NCBI GenBank assembly: GCA_040081265.1
Contig: JBEBGV010000003.1
Coordinates: forward strand, 1,115 to 65,114
Length of the DNA: 64,000 nt
Direction: 5' to 3'
DNA from: Vicinamibacterales bacterium
Lineage (GTDB): Bacteria > Acidobacteriota > Vicinamibacteria > Vicinamibacterales > UBA2999
The position numbers were made by a program, and so were the translations under genes. This document shows, piece after piece, positions 40,180 through 50,550 of this stretch; position 1 is the stretch's first letter, and every line of letters begins with the position of its first letter. The notes under the pieces are model-generated. The model ran no database searches, was not told the DNA's origin, and saw only the letters and a list, made by a program, of their open reading frames with translations.

Positions 40180-41175
40180 GTGGCGCCGGTAGGCGACCAC
40201 GCTGAGCTGACCTTCCTGCGTGAGTGGCTCGACCGCGGTTATGCGGGCGAGATGACGTGGATGGAGAGCTCGGCATCTCTTCGCGCCGACGTGCGCGCGG
40301 TCCTTCCCGGCGCCAGCTGCGTCATCGTCACAGGCACCCTCTACAACACCCGCTCCGCACCTGACGCTGGAGGGCAGCGCACCGACGTGGCGCAGATCGC
40401 GCGGTATGCCTGGGGCGACGACTACCACGACGTGCTCAGGGCGCGCATCAACGCGCTGGTCGACTGGATGAAGACCGAGTCGCCCGACGATTTCGAGGCG
40501 CGCGCGTTCGTTGACAGTGGGCCAGTGCAAGAGCGCGTCTACGCGCAGTACGCGGGCCTTGGCTGGATCGGCAAGAACGCCTGCCTCATCAACCCCGAAC
40601 TGGGGTCCTGGCTGTTTCTGTCGGTGATCATCTGCACGCTGCCGCTCGAGCCGGACACCCAGGGGCTGAACGGTTGCGGCACCTGCACGAAGTGCATCGA
40701 GGCCTGCCCGACCGGTGCGCTGGTCGATGCACACGTGCTGGATGCAACCCGCTGCCTGTCCTACCTGACCATTGAGCTGAAGGGCGCGATCCCTGACAAC
40801 CTGCGGCCGGCGATCGGCGCACACATTTATGGCTGCGACATTTGTCAGGACGTCTGCCCGTACAACGGGGCGCCGCTCACCTCGCGCGACCCGGCGTGGA
40901 CGCCGCGCGCCGGACTCGAGTCACCCTCACTCCTCGAACTGTGGCAACGTCCAGATGACAATCTCCACGCGCTCCTGAAGGGAACGGCCATGACCCGTCC
41001 AAAGCTCACCGGCCTGCGGCGCAATGTGGCGGTGGCAATCGGCAACCACGGCGATGCTGAGAGCGTGGCGGCATTGTGCGTGGCGTCGGAGGACCGTCCA
41101 TCAGCCGACGATGCGGTGGTGCAGGCCCATGTTGAGTGGGCACTCGAGCGCGCAAGGGCGCGCATCGGGAAGTAG
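40180..41175 (+). CDS. queG: epoxyqueuosine reductase
   Basis: Two 4Fe-4S motifs are present (CGTCTKCIEACP and CDICQDVCP). The true N-terminus probably lies upstream of the track's GTG start (see findings). Confidence 0.85.
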   Translation: MAPVGDHAELTFLREWLDRGYAGEMTWMESSASLRADVRAVLPGASCVIVTGTLYNTRSAPDAGGQRTDVAQIARYAWGDDYHDVLRARINALVDWMKTESPDDFEARAFVDSGPVQERVYAQYAGLGWIGKNACLINPELGSWLFLSVIICTLPLEPDTQGLNGCGTCTKCIEACPTGALVDAHVLDATRCLSYLTIELKGAIPDNLRPAIGAHIYGCDICQDVCPYNGAPLTSRDPAWTPRAGLESPSLLELWQRPDDNLHALLKGTAMTRPKLTGLRRNVAVAIGNHGDAESVAALCVASEDRPSADDAVVQAHVEWALERARARIGK

Positions 41176-41195
41176 GGCGCGCTATCATCTTGACC

Positions 41196-41747
41196 ATGGC
41201 TGGTGGTCTTGCTCCGCTGCTTCTCCTGTCGATGCCGCAGATGTCGGACCCGAACTTTGCCCAGGCCGTCGTTCTGCTCTGCGACTACACCGAAGACGGT
41301 GCCTTCGGTCTCGTCGTCAACCGGCAGATGACGGCGCCCGCATGGACGATGATCAAGACCCAGCCGCCGATCGAGGTGCACAAGGATGTGCGGTTGTGGC
41401 TTGGCGGGCCCGTCGACCCGCAGCGCGCATGGGTCCTCATGTCCGAGCAGCAGGGGCCCGACGATGAGCAGCGCGAAGTTGCGCCAGGCGTGATCCTGTC
41501 GGCCTCACACGAACTCACACTCCAGATGCTGAAGGCCCCCCCGACACGCCGCGCGCGCGTGGTGGTGGGGTATGCGGGCTGGGGGCCAGGACAACTGGAA
41601 CAGGAGATCGCCGCCTCGGGCTGGCTCACGCTGGCCGTGGAGCCTGCGCTCATTTTCGGCGTGCCTGCCGAAGAAATGTGGGAGACCGCCATCCGGCGTC
41701 TGGGCGCCGATCCCGCGGCCCTGCAGGCCAGTCCAGGGGTGCACTGA
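41196..41747 (+). CDS. yqgE: YqgE/AlgH-family protein (UPF0301)
   Basis: I trimmed this to the ATG at 41196. The family-typical N-terminus LLLSMPQMSDPNFAQAVVLLCDYTEDGAFGLVVNR is present. Confidence 0.85.
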   Translation: MAGGLAPLLLLSMPQMSDPNFAQAVVLLCDYTEDGAFGLVVNRQMTAPAWTMIKTQPPIEVHKDVRLWLGGPVDPQRAWVLMSEQQGPDDEQREVAPGVILSASHELTLQMLKAPPTRRARVVVGYAGWGPGQLEQEIAASGWLTLAVEPALIFGVPAEEMWETAIRRLGADPAALQASPGVH

Positions 41748-41768
41748 CCGGCACCCGCGCTCCCAGGC

Positions 41769-41797
41769 CCTACCTCGATCTGGGTAGGTCGATTTTT
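41769..41797 (+). terminator. candidate intrinsic terminator after yqgE
   Basis: The stem CCTACC / GGTAGG has a 6-8 nt loop. A TTTTT run lies 4 nt downstream. Confidence 0.5.
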
Positions 41798-41819
41798 CTT
41801 ACAAATAATTCAGGTACTC

Positions 41820-41853
41820 TTCAGTGCCGATTCAGTGGTGGGTCAGCTACTAT
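41820..41853 (+). promoter_or_regulatory. direct repeats TTCAGTG-N4-TTCAGTG upstream of a TACTAT -10-like box
   Basis: The repeats lie at 41820-41826 and 41831-41837, in 11-bp phase. TACTAT lies at 41848-41853. AGGAGG and the ATG at 41895 lie downstream. Confidence 0.35.
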
Positions 41854-41894
41854 TTGCAGCGTTAACACTGGTTTCTGCCTAGGAGGAAACCCAC

Positions 41895-42284
41895 ATGAAG
41901 CGTAGTTTGGTTCTGTTGCTTGTCGCCGGCGCAATGACGTTGGGCGTTCAGGCGTATGCGCATCACTCGTTCGCCGCCACCTACCTGGAAGATCAGGAGA
42001 TGTCGATCGAAGGGGATCTGGTGCAGTTCCTGTATCGCAACCCGCACTCTTTCGTCCACGTGATGGCGCCCGAGCCGCAGACGAAGGAGCAGGTGCGGTG
42101 GGCGGTCGAGTGGGGTGGTGGCGGCCAGCTGGGTCAGCAGGGCGTCACTCGCGAGACCCTGAAGCCGGGTGACCACGTGGTCATCACGGGCAGCCCGGGC
42201 CGCAACCCTGCCGATCACCGGCTGCGGATGCGCACCATCTTCCGGCCGAAGGACGGCTGGCGGTGGGGCGGCGTCGTCGACTAA
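41895..42284 (+). CDS. DUF6152-like small secreted protein
   Basis: 129 aa. A signal peptide is followed by a mature N-terminus AHHSFAATY, as in the DUF6152 family. A strong AGGAGG Shine-Dalgarno is present. Confidence 0.6.
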   Translation: MKRSLVLLLVAGAMTLGVQAYAHHSFAATYLEDQEMSIEGDLVQFLYRNPHSFVHVMAPEPQTKEQVRWAVEWGGGGQLGQQGVTRETLKPGDHVVITGSPGRNPADHRLRMRTIFRPKDGWRWGGVVD

Positions 42285-42315
42285 ATCGACGACGTGGTGC
42301 ACCTGACAGTGCACC
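42274..42315. terminator. two hairpins between convergent genes
   Basis: GTCGTCGA-ctaaa-TCGACGAC spans the stop codon of the DUF6152-like gene and is followed by GGTGCAC-ctgaca-GTGCACC. Confidence 0.4.
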
Positions 42316-42328
42316 CTGCGTAGCGTAG

Positions 42329-43636
42329 CTACTGAATGGCGGTCACGCGAGGTACCCGCGTGGCCGCCGTTTTTACGTACAGCACACCTTCTGGTGCGCC
42401 GCCCGCCGGCGGCGCTGATTCGGTCCACGCCAGCAACACTTGATCCCCGAATCGCGCGAAGCGCGGCGATCCGGTCGGCCTCGCTCCATTCGATCCCCCT
42501 ATCGTCACAAACGCGCCGCGTGCGCCTGAAGCGTCGATGCGTCTGAGTCGCACCTCCGGAGCCTGCTGTGGCCTGGCTTCGACCCAGCTCGCCAGGGCGG
42601 CGCCATCGTCAAGGAGTTCGACGTCGACGTAGCCAAGAGCGGCGGATTCGTCGAGTTGGATGGGTGCGCCCCAGGACCGACCGGCGTCGGGCGAGAAGGC
42701 CGCGAACGCGTGACCCTGCTCGTCCTTCACCGTGAACCACGAGATGGCCGCCGAGCGGTCCCGTGCGCTCAGCATGGGTCCGTTGACCGGGCAGGCTGGA
42801 ATCGCCCAGCCGTCGTTGTGCACGATCTGTCCGGCTGTCCAGGCCTTACCGTCTAGGCGGGAAACAGCGATGTCGCGCACGTCCTTGTCGCTGCGATCGC
42901 GGAACGCCGTGATCGGACCATCTGAGGTCACCGCTACCGTCGTCGAGCAGCACTCGCAGACGCGCAGGTCCACGGCGGTGTCTGATGTCTGCGTCCACGC
43001 GCTGTTGAACGTTGCCGAGCGGATGCTCATCGCGCCACCTTCGGGGCTGGTGGTGTCGAGCTCCTGGGCGCGACCGTCGAGCCAGACAAGCCCGAATGTG
43101 CCCGGAAGTTCGTAGAACGAGGCGAAGCCGTGCTGCGTGGTGGTCTTGTCGTTGTGGGGCGTGAACGGACGCGCCCATGTGGCGCCATCGTCTTTGGAGT
43201 ACGACAGCATCAGGTTGTACGCCTCGATCGAGGCGTCGGTTTCGACCAGCCAGTTGGCGACCAGGGTGCCATCGCGCATTCTCAGAACGGTGGGCACGTC
43301 GGCATGACTGACGAACCAGTTATCTCCAGAGGCTACCGTCTTTGTGGCCGTCCAGCCGTCGGCGGTGCGCTCGGCGAACTTGAGCGTGGCCAGCTTGTCC
43401 TGACGTTCGACCCAGCTGACGAGCAGCCCGCGTTCAGAGACTGTGACGTTCGGCTCCAGGCTACCGGGGCCAGCCGGCGATGGAACGCTCTGTACGTCGA
43501 ACGCCGGTGGCCTCGCGATGGCCGTCGGCGCACCCCCGGGCGTCGGCTGGGGCGCGTCTGCGCCGCGGCACGCCGAGAGCCCGAGAGAGGCAGCCAATCC
43601 GAGGATCAGACACAGACCGGGAACGTAGGCACGCAT
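42329..43636 (-). CDS. BNR-repeat (sialidase-like beta-propeller) lipoprotein
   Basis: I trimmed this to the ATG at 43636. It has a lipobox (LGLSAC) and BNR motifs (SKDDGATW and SPDAGRSW). Confidence 0.7.
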   Translation of the reverse strand: MRAYVPGLCLILGLAASLGLSACRGADAPQPTPGGAPTAIARPPAFDVQSVPSPAGPGSLEPNVTVSERGLLVSWVERQDKLATLKFAERTADGWTATKTVASGDNWFVSHADVPTVLRMRDGTLVANWLVETDASIEAYNLMLSYSKDDGATWARPFTPHNDKTTTQHGFASFYELPGTFGLVWLDGRAQELDTTSPEGGAMSIRSATFNSAWTQTSDTAVDLRVCECCSTTVAVTSDGPITAFRDRSDKDVRDIAVSRLDGKAWTAGQIVHNDGWAIPACPVNGPMLSARDRSAAISWFTVKDEQGHAFAAFSPDAGRSWGAPIQLDESAALGYVDVELLDDGAALASWVEARPQQAPEVRLRRIDASGARGAFVTIGGSNGARPTGSPRFARFGDQVLLAWTESAPPAGGAPEGVLYVKTAATRVPRVTAIQ

Positions 43637-43682
43637 TGGAGGCAATCCTATCGAATCGGATTCCGGTCGTATACTCACAACA

Positions 43683-44060
43683 GTGCGCCGCTTCCTGCTG
43701 ACCCTGGTCACCATCCTCGCCGTTGCGGGAGCTCCCGTCGCGGTCGAGCTGTGTCAGGCGGCGTGCGCGAGCGACGACCACGGATCGGATCGCGACGAGT
43801 CAGGCGAGATCGGACACACCTGTCACGACACCGTCTCTGATGCGTCAGCACCCGCCGCGGTGTCAGGGGTACACACCTGCGGCCACACGGACGAGGCTCC
43901 ATCGGCGCTGCAGTCGCCGGTCATGACTCCCGCCGTCGGGGCTCCGCCGGTCTTCGTGGTGATCCCAGCCCCTCCAGCTGAATCGCTTGTGTGGCGGGCC
44001 ACGACCGCCGACCCGTCTCCTCCCGACCGACTCGCTCGAACCGCCGCACTCCGACTCTAG
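43683..44060 (+). CDS. hypothetical small Cys/His-rich exported protein
   Basis: 125 aa with a GTG start and an N-terminal hydrophobic segment. It contains the motifs CQAAC, HTCHD and HTCGH, then a Pro-rich tail. Codon usage is consistent with coding. Confidence 0.45.
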   Translation: MRRFLLTLVTILAVAGAPVAVELCQAACASDDHGSDRDESGEIGHTCHDTVSDASAPAAVSGVHTCGHTDEAPSALQSPVMTPAVGAPPVFVVIPAPPAESLVWRATTADPSPPDRLARTAALRL

Positions 44061-44139
44061 AGCCCAACGCGCTCAGTCTGCCCTTGTGGGGCCTGCCCCA
44101 CAACGTCGCTTACCTGGATGTCGGTTTGGAGTTGGGCTT

Positions 44140-45468
44140 ATGTTCTCTCGTCAGTTCCGTCCGCGCATCGTCTGCGCCGCACTGCTCGTCCTGTTGCCAG
44201 CGGCTCTGGCCGCGCAGCAGCCACCCGCCGCGCCAGAACCTCCGACGGCGCCGACGGAGGCGACGCCCGAGCACGTGCACGACGTGCACCAGCACGCCGA
44301 GTCGTCGGATCCGAACCCGATGTCGCGCGAGGGCTCGGGCACGTCGTGGCTGCCGGTCGCATCGCCGATGTACGCGATCCATGGCCAGACGGGGGCCTGG
44401 CAGTGGATGACACACGGCAACTTGTTCGTGCAATACCTCGAGGATGCGGGTCTGCGCGGACAGGCGCAATTCGGCAGCATCAACTGGCTGATGCTGATGG
44501 GGCAGCGCAGCGTGGGAGCTGGTCGCATCGTCGTGCGCGGCATGCTCAGTGCCGAGCCGCTGACGATCCGTGGCTGCGGGTATCCGGACCTGCTCGCCAG
44601 CGGAGAGATCTGCGACGGCGAAGCCATCGTTGATCGTCAGCATCCCCACGACGCGTTCATGGAGCTTGCGGTGTCCTACGATCGGCCGCTGCTGTCGTCG
44701 GTGCGATGGCAGGTCTACGGTGGTCCGGCTGGAGAGCCCGCGCTCGGTCCCGTCGCGTTCCCGCATCGGCCGTCAGCGATGGCGAATCCGCTGGCCCCGA
44801 TTGCGCACCACTGGCTCGACGCGACCCACGTGAGCTTCGGAGTGGTGACGGGAGCCGTGTACGGCAAGCGTTGGAAGATCGAGTCGTCTGCGTTCAACGG
44901 TCGTGAACCCGATGAAGACCGCGGCAACATCGATCTTGCCCGGCTGGACTCCGTGTCTGGACGGCTGACCGTGTCGCCAGGCGATCACCTGGCGCTGCAG
45001 GTGTCTGCAGGTCGATTGAACGACGCCGAGGCTGCGCACGGATTCGAGCCGGCCACCGACGTGACACGTGTGACGGCGTCTGCACTCGTGCAAGGCACGG
45101 CTGGCAGTGCTGGCTGGTGGGCGGGAACGCTTGCCTGGGGGCGCAACTCTGAGCGCGGCGGAGCCACCCATGCGGTGCTCGCCGAGGGCAACGTCACCCT
45201 CGACGAGCGGAACACCTGGTTCGGCCGCGTGGAGGTCGTCGGCAAGGAAGCGCACGACCTGAGCCTGCACGGGCCGCGTCGCGTGTTCGGGGTTGCCAAG
45301 CTGCAGGCGGGCTACGTACGCACGCTTCAGCCGATTGGTGGCCTGCAGCCAGGGCTCGGTGTGTCGGTTTCGAGCGGTATCGTCGGCGAGCCGCTTCGGA
45401 CCGTGTTTGGCAGTCGGGTCAATCGCGGGTTCGGGGTGTTCCTGTCACTGCGTCCCGCCCGGCACTAG
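44140..45468 (+). CDS. hypothetical outer-membrane protein with His-rich N-terminus
   Basis: I trimmed this to the ATG at 44140 (signal LLVLLPAALAAQ). It has the His-rich stretch EHVHDVHQHAE and an internal QHPHD motif. The composition looks like a beta-barrel. Confidence 0.55.
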   Translation: MFSRQFRPRIVCAALLVLLPAALAAQQPPAAPEPPTAPTEATPEHVHDVHQHAESSDPNPMSREGSGTSWLPVASPMYAIHGQTGAWQWMTHGNLFVQYLEDAGLRGQAQFGSINWLMLMGQRSVGAGRIVVRGMLSAEPLTIRGCGYPDLLASGEICDGEAIVDRQHPHDAFMELAVSYDRPLLSSVRWQVYGGPAGEPALGPVAFPHRPSAMANPLAPIAHHWLDATHVSFGVVTGAVYGKRWKIESSAFNGREPDEDRGNIDLARLDSVSGRLTVSPGDHLALQVSAGRLNDAEAAHGFEPATDVTRVTASALVQGTAGSAGWWAGTLAWGRNSERGGATHAVLAEGNVTLDERNTWFGRVEVVGKEAHDLSLHGPRRVFGVAKLQAGYVRTLQPIGGLQPGLGVSVSSGIVGEPLRTVFGSRVNRGFGVFLSLRPARH

Positions 45469-47121
45469 CACAGAGACCTGGCGCGTAGGCGTCGGCGCGG
45501 GCAGGATCGCTTCACGCAGCACGCGTCCATCGACGTCGGGCAGCGAGATACCAGCCAGGCTCGCCAGCGTCGGCGCGACATCGGCCAGGGAAGCAGCAAC
45601 GTCGTAGACACCGCGCCTGACGCCGGCGCCGAGCAGGAGAAGAGGGACGCGTCGGTCGTAGTCGTGGAAACTCCCGTGGTCCACTGCGTTCGCGCTGCCA
45701 CGCGTGGTGAGCATCCAGTTGCGTTTCAGCGTGACGACAAAGTCACCGCTGCGGCCTGGCGCGCGACTGGCCCAGGCAGCCCTGGCGAGTGGGTCAGACG
45801 ACTGCTCGGTCAGCGCCGGCCCGTAGAGGAGCCGCTCGACGCCCGGGATCGCCATCACCGCGTCCTGTACCGCACGCACCGCGCCAGGGTCGCTCATGAC
45901 GCGTTGGCGGCCGGCAGCGGACAGATACATACTGCCCCGGTAGTTCGAGTCGACATACGGAGCGTTGAGCGGGGAGCGGTCGCGGGCGCGCAAGGTGTTT
46001 TCAATCCGCTCGCGGACGTCCTCAGGGGCGACGCGGCCGACTGCGGAGGCGGCGGAGGGGATCGAAGCGGTGCCGTGATCGGCGGAGAGGGCCAGCACAT
46101 AGCGGTCCCGCCCGACCTTTGCGTCCAGGTGTGCGATCAGCCCGCCCAGCACATCGTCGATCCTGATGATCGAGTCTTCGGCCTCGAGGCTGTCGGGGCC
46201 AAAGGCGTGTGCGATGTAGTCCACAGCCGAGAAACTGACGCCAAGGTAGTCGGTCGTGCTGCCCTGGCCAAGTTTGTAGGCGTCCACGAGCTGTGTGGCC
46301 AGGTTGCCCAGATAGGCGTCAGCCATAGGGCTGCGCCGCCACTGCGCGGCGAACCTGTCATCGGCGCCCTTTTCGCCTTTGAGCGTGTGAGGAAAGAGGC
46401 CGGTCCACCCTGCGGGCGGCCGCTCGCCGAGCCCGGCGTCCTTGTTGCGATAGGTCCCGGTCGCATCGCGCAGCGTCCATGTGGTGTCGAGCGCCTTCTC
46501 GTACGGTGAGGCATCGATCGCCTGTTTCACGGCCGCGACGGGGCCCGCTGAAAATGCGCTGGAGGTGACAAACGCCCCGGCGGCGTCTTCGAACCACACG
46601 ATGGCGTCAGCCGCTTGTCCTGCGAGACCGATGGCTCCACGCCCCTTCAGGGAGAGCGCCACCACGCGAGCGCCAGGTCGCTGCTCGCGAAGTCTGTCTG
46701 CGACCGTGCGGGAGCGGAGCCATTTCGGACTGTTGCCGAGGCGCGCGGGACGGCCGTAGGTGATGGCCCTGGCGGCCGAGTCGCGCGTGCACTCCAGGTC
46801 CTCTTTCAACTCCGGGTCCCACCAGTTGTCCGCGACCATTCCGTGTCGACGGGGCAGGGTACCGGTGCTGATCGTTGCGTGCCCCGCGCACGTATCGGTG
46901 TGCAGATAGGGAACCTGCACCTGGCGGAAGTGGGCGCCCTCTGCGAGCAGGGTCTTGAATCCGGCGCGCCAGTGCGACGAGAGGCTGGTGATCGCGTCGG
47001 CTCGCAGGGAGTCGACGACGATCATCACGATCAGGCGGGGCGGCTCGGCGGCCCCCACCAGCGTAGAGCTAACCCCGGCAAGCAGGGCAACCCACGTCAG
47101 GATGCGGCGCATCGGGCGCAT
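45445..47121 (-). CDS. alkaline-phosphatase-superfamily protein (nucleotide pyrophosphatase/phosphodiesterase-like)
   Basis: 558 aa with a signal peptide and motifs VVDSLRAD, CAGHATISTG and LSADHG. Its 3' end overlaps the convergent upstream gene by 24 nt. Confidence 0.8.
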   Translation of the reverse strand: MRPMRRILTWVALLAGVSSTLVGAAEPPRLIVMIVVDSLRADAITSLSSHWRAGFKTLLAEGAHFRQVQVPYLHTDTCAGHATISTGTLPRRHGMVADNWWDPELKEDLECTRDSAARAITYGRPARLGNSPKWLRSRTVADRLREQRPGARVVALSLKGRGAIGLAGQAADAIVWFEDAAGAFVTSSAFSAGPVAAVKQAIDASPYEKALDTTWTLRDATGTYRNKDAGLGERPPAGWTGLFPHTLKGEKGADDRFAAQWRRSPMADAYLGNLATQLVDAYKLGQGSTTDYLGVSFSAVDYIAHAFGPDSLEAEDSIIRIDDVLGGLIAHLDAKVGRDRYVLALSADHGTASIPSAASAVGRVAPEDVRERIENTLRARDRSPLNAPYVDSNYRGSMYLSAAGRQRVMSDPGAVRAVQDAVMAIPGVERLLYGPALTEQSSDPLARAAWASRAPGRSGDFVVTLKRNWMLTTRGSANAVDHGSFHDYDRRVPLLLLGAGVRRGVYDVAASLADVAPTLASLAGISLPDVDGRVLREAILPAPTPTRQVSVLVPGGTQ

Positions 47122-47166
47122 CCTACCCCAACTGATGACGTGAGGCGACTGCGCGTGTGTACGTAG

Positions 47167-47186
47167 GCCGGACCTTCAGGTCCGGC
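47167..47186. repeat. REP-like GC hairpin
   Basis: GCCGGACC-ttca-GGTCCGGC is preceded by TACGTAG. It lies downstream of the FmdB-like gene. Confidence 0.6.
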
Positions 47187-47202
47187 GTCTGTGGGTCCGG
47201 GG

Positions 47203-47433
47203 TCAGTTGATGGAGCAGGAGCCCGGTCCGCGGGGGTCACCGCAGTGACCGCAGCCACCGGCCGGAATCTGCGACACCGATGAAGCCGGTCCGCTGGTAC
47301 GAGCGGCGAAGGTCGACAGGCGGCGCTCCAGGGTGTCGGCATGGCAGGCCGGGCATTCCGGCTGAACTTCGCCCCGGACGAGCACTTCAAACTCGTGTGT
47401 ACACGCTTTGCAGACGTATTCGAAGAGCGGCAT
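47203..47433 (-). CDS. FmdB-family zinc-ribbon protein
   Basis: 76 aa forming the C-terminal part of a long track ORF. The sequence [31 protein letters not shown] contains two CxxC pairs. Confidence 0.75.
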   Translation of the reverse strand: MPLFEYVCKACTHEFEVLVRGEVQPECPACHADTLERRLSTFAARTSGPASSVSQIPAGGCGHCGDPRGPGSCSIN

Positions 47434-47457
47434 GACGTGAGCCATTATACTGAGAGG

Positions 47458-49293
47458 ATGCTTTCCGCTCAGAAATCGCGACAGATCGCCAATCCCCATC
47501 GCCGTAACGTCGCCATCATTGCGCACGTCGACCACGGCAAGACCACCCTGGTAGACGTCCTGCTGCGTCAGGGCGGGGCGTTCCGCGCCAATCAGCAGGT
47601 GGCCGACCGCGTGATGGACAGCAACGACCTCGAGCGGGAGCGCGGCATCACCATCCTGGCCAAGAACACGGCCGTTCACTACAAGGACCTGCTGATCAAT
47701 ATCTGCGATACCCCCGGGCACGCCGACTTCGGGGGCGAAGTCGAGCGGACGCTGTCGATGGTGGACGGCGTCATCCTGCTGGTCGACGCGTCGGAAGGCC
47801 CTCTTCCCCAGACGCGTTTCGTGCTGCGCAAGGCACTCGAGCGGGGCCTGCCACCGATCGTGGTCATGAACAAGATCGACCGCCCCGATGCGCGCCCGCA
47901 GGAAGTCCTCAACGAAATCTACGACCTGTTCATCGATCTCGACGCCACCGAAGATCAGATTGAGTTTCCGGTCCTCTATACCAATGCCCGCGACGGGCTG
48001 GCCAGCACCGATCCGGCTGTCAAGGGCGAGGATCTTCGGCCCCTGTTCGACGCCATCGTGGAGCACGTGCCGCCGCCGAAGGGGAATCCTGCCGGGTCGC
48101 TCCAGATGCTGGTGGCAAACCTCGACTCGAGTGACTACCTCGGCCGCATTGCCATCGGTCGCATCTTCAACGGCACCGTGAAGTTGAACGATCCGGTCGC
48201 GGTGGTGAAGCTCGACGGCACCGTCCAGAAGACCAAGGTCACCAAGCTGTTTTCCTTCGACGGGCTCAAGCGTATCGAGATCGAACAGGCCGCCGCGGGT
48301 GACATCGTCTGCCTGGCGGGCATCGAGGACATCACGATCGGCGAGACCATTGCGGATGCGGAGAACCCGATTGCCATTCCGCACATCGCCATCGACGAGC
48401 CGACGGTGTCGATGATCTTTGGCGTCAATACGTCGCCCATGGCCGGGCGGGACGGGCAGTACGTCACGTCACGCAACCTGCGGGATCGCCTTCAGAAAGA
48501 GCTGGTCGGCAATGTGTCGCTGCGCGTGGAGGACACCGACACGCCCGAGCAGATGCGGGTCATCGGCCGCGGCGAACTGCAGCTCTCGATTCTCATCGAG
48601 ATGATGCGGCGTGAGGGTTTCGAGGTGCAGGTGTCTCGCCCGGAGATCGTGACCAAGGAAATCAACGGCGTGCGCATGGAGCCGGTCGAGGACCTGGTGA
48701 TCGATGTGCCTGAAGACTTTCAGGGCGTGGTCATCGCGATGGCCGGTACCAGGCGCGGCGTGATGAGCAAGATGGTCAATCACGGCAGCGGCCGGGTCCG
48801 TCTCGAGTTCCGCATTCCGACCCGCGGGCTGATCGGGTTTCGTTCGCAGTTCCTGACCGACACCAAGGGGACCGGCATCATGAACCACCTGTTTGCCGGC
48901 TGGGAGCCCTGGCACGGCGCGATTCCGTCGCGACCTACGGGTGCGCTCGTCGCCGACCGGACGGGCATCGCGACGCCCTACGCGATCTGGAACCTGCAGG
49001 AACGCGGTGAGATCCTGATTGACCCGGCCACCAACGTCTACGAAGGCATGATCATCGGCGAGAACTCACGGACCAACGATATGGACGTGAACGTCTGCAA
49101 GGAAAAGAAGCAGACCAACATGCGTGCGTCGAGCGCCGACGAAGCGATTCGAATCGTGCCGCCGCGCAAGCTCAGCCTTGAGCAGGCGATCGAGTTCATC
49201 AACGATGATGAGCTGGTGGAGGTCACGCCGAAGACCATCCGCCTCCGCAAGCGGATCCTGGCGTCGAACATGCGCCCCAAGAAAGAGTCCTGA
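47458..49293 (+). CDS. typA: translational GTPase TypA/BipA
   Basis: I trimmed this to the ATG at 47458, which follows GAGAGG. G-motifs [14 protein letters not shown] and NKID are present. Confidence 0.95.
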   Translation: MLSAQKSRQIANPHRRNVAIIAHVDHGKTTLVDVLLRQGGAFRANQQVADRVMDSNDLERERGITILAKNTAVHYKDLLINICDTPGHADFGGEVERTLSMVDGVILLVDASEGPLPQTRFVLRKALERGLPPIVVMNKIDRPDARPQEVLNEIYDLFIDLDATEDQIEFPVLYTNARDGLASTDPAVKGEDLRPLFDAIVEHVPPPKGNPAGSLQMLVANLDSSDYLGRIAIGRIFNGTVKLNDPVAVVKLDGTVQKTKVTKLFSFDGLKRIEIEQAAAGDIVCLAGIEDITIGETIADAENPIAIPHIAIDEPTVSMIFGVNTSPMAGRDGQYVTSRNLRDRLQKELVGNVSLRVEDTDTPEQMRVIGRGELQLSILIEMMRREGFEVQVSRPEIVTKEINGVRMEPVEDLVIDVPEDFQGVVIAMAGTRRGVMSKMVNHGSGRVRLEFRIPTRGLIGFRSQFLTDTKGTGIMNHLFAGWEPWHGAIPSRPTGALVADRTGIATPYAIWNLQERGEILIDPATNVYEGMIIGENSRTNDMDVNVCKEKKQTNMRASSADEAIRIVPPRKLSLEQAIEFINDDELVEVTPKTIRLRKRILASNMRPKKES

Positions 49294-49304
49294 GGTACGA
49301 GATT

Positions 49305-49324
49305 CCGTCGCGGGTGACGGTTTT
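49305..49324 (+). terminator. candidate intrinsic terminator after typA
   Basis: CCGTC-gcgggt-GACGG is followed by TTTT. The stem is short. Confidence 0.4.
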
Positions 49325-49414
49325 CCGTCGGCCCTGATTCTGGGCAACACCCTGAAAATATGGGTTTTTCGGCACCTGCATTCCGGTGCCGCCACGGTAC
49401 GACCCTTGGATTAG

Positions 49415-50494
<1,080 letters not shown>

Positions 50495-50496
50495 TG

Positions 50497-50523
50497 ACGG
50501 CGGGTCCTTCGGACCCGCCCTAC
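50497..50523. repeat. REP-like GC hairpin, 27-nt copy identical to 55139-55165
   Basis: ACGGCGGGTCCTTCGGACCCGCCCTAC begins 3 nt after the mreB stop. It is followed by CTGCCTAC GGCCTAC heptamer-like units. Confidence 0.8.
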
Positions 50524-50550
50524 ATTCTGCCTACGGCCTACTGTCGACTG

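Noticed and set aside
47434-48384. Upstream two-thirds of the 393-aa minus-strand ORF
   Set aside because: It is antisense to typA. Only the last 76 codons, the FmdB-like zinc ribbon, look genuine.
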